Position numbers and translations under genes: made by a program. The notes under the pieces are model-generated. The model worked only from the letters and a program-made list of their open reading frames with translations, made no database searches and had not been told where the DNA came from. Of a stretch of 20,571 nt of DNA, positions 15,294-20,571 are shown one piece after another. The DNA comes from a virus (lineage: Duplodnaviria; Heunggongvirae; Uroviricota; Caudoviricetes): positions 64,076 through 84,646 of IMG/VR virus record IMGVR_UViG_3300010365_001539, one strand, 5' to 3'. The first letter of the stretch is position 1; each line of letters starts with the position of its first letter.

Positions 15294-15679
15294 TAGAGAT
15301 TAGAAGCGTTTATGAATATGTTATCTAATTCTATTTCTGTTTTATTAAAAGCCAATCCGATTACTGATATGAAAGGATTGTTTCTTTCAAACACATTTGC
15401 TTTTCTAAGTGAAATTTTTGCCAATTCTCCACTAACAGATGGTAATTGTTCATTAGCTACAAGATAATCTATTGTTTCACGAATTGCAGTTTCAGTAATT
15501 CCTTCTAACAATAATTGTGAAAAGAATTGCAAAGCGGTAATCTCTTCTGGAACAATTACTAATTCTGTATATTCTTCAAAGTCTGTTTCTATGTAATTTA
15601 CACCATCTGGAATTGACGATAAATCTAATGTATCAATTTGCTGATTATCTACTGTATATGTATATTTTTTTATGCTCAT
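15293..15679 (-). CDS. Putative tail-fibre assembly chaperone
   Basis: Immediately follows the tail-fibre gene. Pattern ITALQF...ANVFERNNPFI...ELDNIFINASNL resembles phage fibre chaperones. Confidence 0.55.
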   Translation of the reverse strand: MSIKKYTYTVDNQQIDTLDLSSIPDGVNYIETDFEEYTELVIVPEEITALQFFSQLLLEGITETAIRETIDYLVANEQLPSVSGELAKISLRKANVFERNNPFISVIGLAFNKTEIELDNIFINASNL

Positions 15680-15681
15680 AA

Positions 15682-17901
15682 TTATTGTGATTGAAATTGC
15701 ATTTTATCGGCTTCATAAGTTCTTGCTGATGTACCATTTGTTTTTGAAATTGAGTGATTTAATGATACAGGAATGTTAGGTACATTTGTAGTATGCGTAG
15801 CAACTAAAACATTATCAATGTAAAACATAACAGTGTTTGTACCAGTTATAAAGTATATTAATAATTCATACCATTGGTCAGCAACTACTATAACGCCCGT
15901 ATCAGTAAACGTTCTACTAGATGATAATGAAGTAACTGTTTTAAATTTTATGCTACCTGGTGAAGCACCAGAAGCAAATGAACCTTCAGTGTCATATAAA
16001 AAAAGAATTGAAGCTGATGGATTAACTCTATTACCATTGCCTATGAAACCATCTTGAATATAAAATGCTTCTGATGTGGTAGATAAAATAGGAATTTTAA
16101 CCCTTCTCTTCATATAAAACGAACTGTCAGACAAATTAATTGGTGGTGTATTTACATTACCAAACACAATAGCTCCCAATCCAAAAGAAGTTACTGTTCC
16201 TGTTGATAAAACTAAACCTCCAAATTTTGCTCCAGTAACATTTGAGCCACTTGTTGCACTACCACCACTACCACTTGCACTTGTATATGGAGCAGTAAAT
16301 GAAGCTCCTATATAATGTTCCATTATATAAACACCTTCATTCCAATCAAATTCTTTTCTTAGATTGTTGTTTATCAATTTTGAATTAATTGTACTTATTG
16401 AGTTTCCAATATTTTCAAACTCTGTCTTAAGTGCTGCTTGAGTAACACCACCATCAGTATTACTAGTTAAAATATTATTATATAGTTTAGCTAATCCTTT
16501 TGTGATAATGGATGCGTCAGGAATAGCAGCTAATGCTCTAGCAGATGTAAAGTATAAATTAGTAGTACCTTCAGGTAATGCATCGGTTGTGGTTAGAGAT
16601 ACCGAACCGCTTAAAACCCATCCTTCGTCGGCATCCCAAATATACATTTTAGCATCGCTGCCAGAACCTGCGTCAACTAAAGCATAATCGCCTAAATTAG
16701 CTGTTGAATGTGCTGTTTGAAGTGCAGAAATAGAAGTATATGTACCTTTGTAATGTTCGTTTATTGCTGTAATATCTGCCAAAGTTGCTAAAGGAGATGA
16801 TGGTCCGCTTGGTAAATGATAAATAATGCCATTTCTTGTCAGGCTATCTCTATTTAACACTAAAAAAGGCGTACTTGCGTCTGTAATTACTAAACCTCTA
16901 CCATTATCAAAACCTATAAAGTCGGATTGTTGGTTTGTGTCAAAAACTGAAACCCCACCATTGCCATCCAAAATCAATGAATTATATGAATCATAAGTAC
17001 CAAAAAAAGTAGTAAAGGAATTTATCCTAAAATTATCTAGATTATACTCTATATAATTATCATCGTCTATCTTTTGTATGAAATTTTTAGTGGTTACATT
17101 TCCCTCTGTTAATACTTCTTCAAACGTTGGAGTACCGCCACCGCCTGAAATATCTGCTAATGTTGCCAACGGCGAACTTACTCCTGTTGGTATAAGATAC
17201 TCGCCGTTTTCTGTGGTTATCTTTTCTTTTAAAAATGCACTTTCATTACCTGTCGTATCTACAACATAAAACCCTAAATCATCACGGTATGTTAAATTTT
17301 CATCATCAAGATTTGTAATTTCCACGTTTCCTCCACTAAATGCTAAACGCTTGTTTCCTCCAATAATGAAAACTTCAACATCATTGGCAACGTTACCGTT
17401 ATCTAAAACACTTTGCAAATCAACTACAACTGATGGAGTAGTTTGTCCGTTTACAGAAGTGATGCCACCCGCTTCAATTTCTAATGTAACCTTTCCGCCA
17501 CCGTCATCCGTTACCGTTGCTCCAATGACTTCTATTTCGTTTATATCAACTATCGGTGTTTCTCCGCTTTCGTAGATTGTTAAGGATGAACCGGTTGGTC
17601 CAGTTGGTCCAGTAACACCTTGAATACCAGTTGCACCAGTAACACCAATAGTTCCTAATCCAAATTCAATTAAGTCTGTTGGTCCTACACCATCTCTATA
17701 CCAAAACTTTTTTGACTCACCACCAACTATAAGTCTGACTTCCATTGATTGAAATCTAGTTTCAACTGGAATAGTTAAGTTGGCTAAATCTATAGCATCT
17801 TGTAATGATACACCATCATATGGACCAGACCATGAATCAACTGGGACTGGGTTAACTGGTTGAATACCAAATGGTAATTGTAATCCTTGTGTTATTGACA
17901 T
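15682..17901 (-). CDS. Chimeric tail-fibre / receptor-binding protein
   Basis: N-terminal PVPVDSWSGPY domain, collagen-like G-x-T repeats, two LQ/FExVLxxGN...SSPLATLADI modules, TTDALPEGTTNLYFT fibre motif, and a C-terminal lectin-like beta-sandwich (FYIDNVLVATHTTN). Confidence 0.75.
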   Translation of the reverse strand: MSITQGLQLPFGIQPVNPVPVDSWSGPYDGVSLQDAIDLANLTIPVETRFQSMEVRLIVGGESKKFWYRDGVGPTDLIEFGLGTIGVTGATGIQGVTGPTGPTGSSLTIYESGETPIVDINEIEVIGATVTDDGGGKVTLEIEAGGITSVNGQTTPSVVVDLQSVLDNGNVANDVEVFIIGGNKRLAFSGGNVEITNLDDENLTYRDDLGFYVVDTTGNESAFLKEKITTENGEYLIPTGVSSPLATLADISGGGGTPTFEEVLTEGNVTTKNFIQKIDDDNYIEYNLDNFRINSFTTFFGTYDSYNSLILDGNGGVSVFDTNQQSDFIGFDNGRGLVITDASTPFLVLNRDSLTRNGIIYHLPSGPSSPLATLADITAINEHYKGTYTSISALQTAHSTANLGDYALVDAGSGSDAKMYIWDADEGWVLSGSVSLTTTDALPEGTTNLYFTSARALAAIPDASIITKGLAKLYNNILTSNTDGGVTQAALKTEFENIGNSISTINSKLINNNLRKEFDWNEGVYIMEHYIGASFTAPYTSASGSGGSATSGSNVTGAKFGGLVLSTGTVTSFGLGAIVFGNVNTPPINLSDSSFYMKRRVKIPILSTTSEAFYIQDGFIGNGNRVNPSASILFLYDTEGSFASGASPGSIKFKTVTSLSSSRTFTDTGVIVVADQWYELLIYFITGTNTVMFYIDNVLVATHTTNVPNIPVSLNHSISKTNGTSARTYEADKMQFQSQ

Positions 17902-17916
17902 TTTTATCTATTTATT

Positions 17917-19218
17917 TTATATTCTTGTTACTTGATGTCTATGATTAGAAGTATATGCAATTGCATTTGTCATTGTATATACATCATATGATACATTTGT
18001 TCCAATAAAATCCAATACACCAAATGTATTTTTTATGTATGAATCTGTTATGTTTGCACTCAAAGCATCAATATCCAAAACTTCTGACAATTCTAATGTA
18101 GATGGTATTGCAACAACAAAATTATTATATACTGACCCAGTATTCAATGTAAATGGATTTGAACCATCTGTAAATATTCTATTTGTGAATAATCTTACAT
18201 CTCCACTTGTTGTTGGTATTGAACTTGTTGGTCCATAAAATATAATATTCAATAAGTTTACTAAACTTGTAGAACTTGTAGTAGTTTGATAAGAATCAGT
18301 AACTTGAACTCTATAACCAATTGAAGTTGCATCAGATAAGTTGATAGTATCATTATGATTTGTTGTTGATATTGCAGCAGTTGCACCACTTATACTTACA
18401 GTAGAACCTATTGGTAACCAAGATCCTGAACCATTTTTTTGATATTGTAATTGATAGTAACTTAATCCAACATTTGTGGAATTTCTTGTTATTAATCCAC
18501 TTAGATTAGATGATATATTACCTTTTTCTCTTTTTGAATTTGTTTCAATAAATGATGTGGTTGCTGCAATAACATTAAAACTAATACTTGGTGCTATATA
18601 TGAACTTGGTGTTATATCTTTTATTGTAAAATTAGTAGCTCCTTGACTATCTGTTACAGTATATTTATAATTAAAAGGCTCTGTTGCAAATGCACCATCA
18701 GTTAATGAATGTATAAATGTAAATAAATTTATATCTGTTGATAAAGTTGTCCAAGAACCTGTGTTATTTCTTCTCCATTCTAATAAAACAGATACTGCAG
18801 TTGCTCCTAAACTATTAATAGAATAAGTGTAAGTTAATAAGTTTGATATTGCAGTTTGGTTAAATACAATAGTACTTAAACTATTTAATGATATAGTTGG
18901 TATAATAGGTTCAGTAAGTGAATCAATTATTACCTCAACTGCAGTTTTACCATATGCAGGTATTAAATCACCATTAGTATATTTACCAAAAGATTTACCA
19001 GATGTTAAACTAACTAATATATCGGATGGGAAAGTTTCTAAAACTCCTGATGCAGTTGGTGCAACCCCAATTCTTGATATAACACCTTGGTCATTCTTTT
19101 GACTTAAAAATCCTGTTGCACTATCATATGCAACCAAATGACTACCTGTTGATGGTGTTGCTGCTAATACCAGATCTGTTGAACTTCCAAATATTAAATT
19201 ACTACTATTATTACTCAT
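17917..19218 (-). CDS. Ser/Thr-rich virion structural protein with Ig/FN3-like beta domains
   Basis: 433 aa, S/T/N rich, YKYTVTDSQG and YRVQVTDSY strand motifs. Upstream of the fibre gene. TAATATATA 4 nt before ATG. Confidence 0.65.
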   Translation of the reverse strand: MSNNSSNLIFGSSTDLVLAATPSTGSHLVAYDSATGFLSQKNDQGVISRIGVAPTASGVLETFPSDILVSLTSGKSFGKYTNGDLIPAYGKTAVEVIIDSLTEPIIPTISLNSLSTIVFNQTAISNLLTYTYSINSLGATAVSVLLEWRRNNTGSWTTLSTDINLFTFIHSLTDGAFATEPFNYKYTVTDSQGATNFTIKDITPSSYIAPSISFNVIAATTSFIETNSKREKGNISSNLSGLITRNSTNVGLSYYQLQYQKNGSGSWLPIGSTVSISGATAAISTTNHNDTINLSDATSIGYRVQVTDSYQTTTSSTSLVNLLNIIFYGPTSSIPTTSGDVRLFTNRIFTDGSNPFTLNTGSVYNNFVVAIPSTLELSEVLDIDALSANITDSYIKNTFGVLDFIGTNVSYDVYTMTNAIAYTSNHRHQVTRI

Positions 19219-19236
19219 AAAGTATATATTATTTTT

Positions 19237-19329
19237 TTATAATTGATTTATTAATATATATCCATCTTTCTTTCTTTTATCTTTATAAAAATTTTCAGAT
19301 ACTACTTTACATTTACTACATTTTTTCAT
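19237..19329 (-). pseudogene. N-terminal remnant of a Zn-finger (HNH/EndoVII-type) homing endonuclease
   Basis: MKKCSKCKVVSENFYKDKRKKDG then YILINQL and stop. CxxC...FYKD..KKDG is the usual start of such endonucleases. Has its own TAATATATA 4 nt upstream. Confidence 0.65.
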
Positions 19330-19376
19330 AAATTATATATTATTTTTTAGTTTCTTCCTCTAAAACTTCTCTTAAA

Positions 19377-19407
19377 TTTGTTTATAACAAAAATTGTTTT
19401 ATATTTG
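19377..19407 (+). promoter_or_regulatory. Bacteroidota primary-sigma promoter
   Basis: TTTG 19377-19380, 19-nt spacer, TATATTTG 19400-19407, ahead of ATG 19437. Confidence 0.8.
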
Positions 19408-19436
19408 TACATTATTAACCAAGTAAACTTTAGATA

Positions 19437-19670
19437 ATGACAAAAGATGATTATAAAGCAGAAGGTTTACGAAGAATGAAATTACGTAAACAAAAAAGAA
19501 ATCACGAATATAAATTAAGAATAGAAAAAGCTCAAGAGCTTGGTGTACCATTATATGGAACTAAATCAGGTGGTTATTGGGAAGATTCTTTTTCACCAAC
19601 AGGTTATTCACAAGTTTGTTCATATGAAGTATATGGAACTTGTCAATACCCTTGTAATGGAGATTGTTAA
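19437..19670 (+). CDS. Small basic protein with Cys-rich C-terminus (CQYPCNGDC)
   Basis: 77-aa ORF behind a host-type promoter. Four Cys in the last 17 residues suggest metal binding. Confidence 0.7.
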   Translation: MTKDDYKAEGLRRMKLRKQKRNHEYKLRIEKAQELGVPLYGTKSGGYWEDSFSPTGYSQVCSYEVYGTCQYPCNGDC

Positions 19671-19674
19671 ACCT

Positions 19675-19730
19675 TGTGAGATAGCTTAATGGTAGAGCTC
19701 TTTGTGGAGGTTCGATTCCTTCTCTCACTA
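19675..19730 (+). ncRNA. tRNA-like element with acceptor, D and T arms but no anticodon arm
   Basis: GTGAGA/TCTCAC acceptor stem, TA at positions 8-9, D arm GCTT-AATGGTA-GAGC, 7-nt linker TCTTTGT, T arm GGAGG-TTCGATT-CCTTC. No encoded CCA. Confidence 0.8.
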
Positions 19731-19743
19731 CAAATTATAAGAT

Positions 19744-19944
19744 ATGAATAAATTCAAAAAAGGTAATGAGGTAACACTTGTAAAAGATACTTTTGATGAT
19801 GATATTAATCATCGATTAAGTATTCAACCACAACTTATTACTGCAACAAAAATTCAATTGAATGGTCAATGGGTAAGAACTAATCATTATAATGATTGGA
19901 TCCATTTCTCATATTTTGAACTAATAAAAAATAATAAAAAATAA
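19744..19944 (+). CDS. Small hypothetical protein
   Basis: 66-aa ORF. Its stop overlaps the next ATG. Confidence 0.65.
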   Translation: MNKFKKGNEVTLVKDTFDDDINHRLSIQPQLITATKIQLNGQWVRTNHYNDWIHFSYFELIKNNKK

Positions 19945-20387
19945 TGAAGAAATTACTATTAATGTTGTTATTTACAATGACAACATTTGCACAAACCGCT
20001 AGTGTTAAAGGAGTCACACTTACTTATAATAACAAGACTAAAACTATGTTATTAAATATGTTAGAGAAAACTTTTATTGTACCAGAGAACTCTGATATTG
20101 ATGTTCAAGTAAAGATTGTAAGAGAGTTTGATTTAACTATGAAAATAGGAGACCAAGAGTATTCTATGACAGAATCATACTTTGAAACAAATGGATATAA
20201 ACATCCAATGTTTTATGTATTTTGGACTTTAACACCTGCATCTACAAGTTGTAAAAGTGTAAAAGAATCAAACTTTGTTTATAAGTTTTCCAATGTTAAA
20301 CCAGGTGAATACATAGTTGTAGTTACAAAAAGATGTGATGAAAAGTATGTAATTGAAAAATCAACCACATCACTCATAGTCAGATAA
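19944..20387 (+). CDS. Exported beta-rich hypothetical protein
   Basis: Signal peptide MKKLLLMLLFTMTTFAQ. C-terminal NVKPGEYIVVV Ig-like strand motif. Confidence 0.7.
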   Translation: MKKLLLMLLFTMTTFAQTASVKGVTLTYNNKTKTMLLNMLEKTFIVPENSDIDVQVKIVREFDLTMKIGDQEYSMTESYFETNGYKHPMFYVFWTLTPASTSCKSVKESNFVYKFSNVKPGEYIVVVTKRCDEKYVIEKSTTSLIVR

Positions 20388-20571
20388 TGGAACAATTATT
20401 AATGTGGTCTGCAATGACCTTTGCAGAGAGAAATATTTATATGGGCTATTGTACATTTGAAGAGCTAAACTCTCTTAGAAAAGGATTACAAGATGCAAAT
20501 AAGATTAATGGAATGTGGGATAGTTATTTAGATAAAATTGATGAAGAAATACTTAAAAGACTACCTGAAAT
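20387..20571 (+). CDS. Hypothetical protein, 5' part only
   Basis: ATG overlaps the previous TAA. Open to the window end (MEQLLMWSAMTFAERN...). Confidence 0.6.
   Translation, partial: MEQLLMWSAMTFAERNIYMGYCTFEELNSLRKGLQDANKINGMWDSYLDKIDEEILKRLPE

Noticed and set aside
15833-18238. Plus-strand ORFs 15833, 16502, 17078, 17351 and 18035
   Set aside because: Antisense shadows of the fibre and structural genes.
19347-19412. Minus-strand ORF MYKYKTIFVINKFKRSFRGRN
   Set aside because: Reverse complement of the Bacteroidota promoter (TATATTTGTACAT gives the ATG), a typical artefact.
19675-19730. Functional decoding tRNA
   Set aside because: There is no anticodon stem-loop, so no amino-acid identity can be assigned.

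Overview
AT-rich, strongly CpG-depleted segment that reads as part of a large (jumbo/T4-like) phage genome infecting a Bacteroidota host. Host evidence: three TTTG-N19/20-TAnnTTTG promoters, a gene with a T9SS C-terminal sorting domain, and a Flavobacteriia-type HAD gene. No capsid, terminase or polymerase gene is in the window, so the phage assignment is inferred. The centrepiece (8738-14682) is a translationally coupled array of 12 diverged paralogues, 15 domain copies in total. Each starts with an M(K/R)xIKxF(E/N)xF leader resembling the T4 capsid-targeting sequence and almost all carry a D-I-x-D-I/M-F-V/I-E-L-x-D signature. Three members are broken. Directly upstream is a cluster of unrelated small genes sharing a C-terminal R-x-x-K-L-x-x-L/I-L helix. 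Also present: a secreted DUF4874/DUF4832 hydrolase-like T9SS cargo, a leucine-rich repeat protein, a GIY-YIG homing endonuclease bracketed by inverted repeats, a ribbon-helix-helix gene near a GC-skew inversion, a CpG-rich foreign tail-fibre module grafted in at a collagen repeat, a truncated Zn-finger endonuclease remnant, a recurring T(A/T)ATATATA motif 4-5 nt before start codons, and a tRNA-like element lacking the whole anticodon arm. All family calls are from motif recognition, not database searches.
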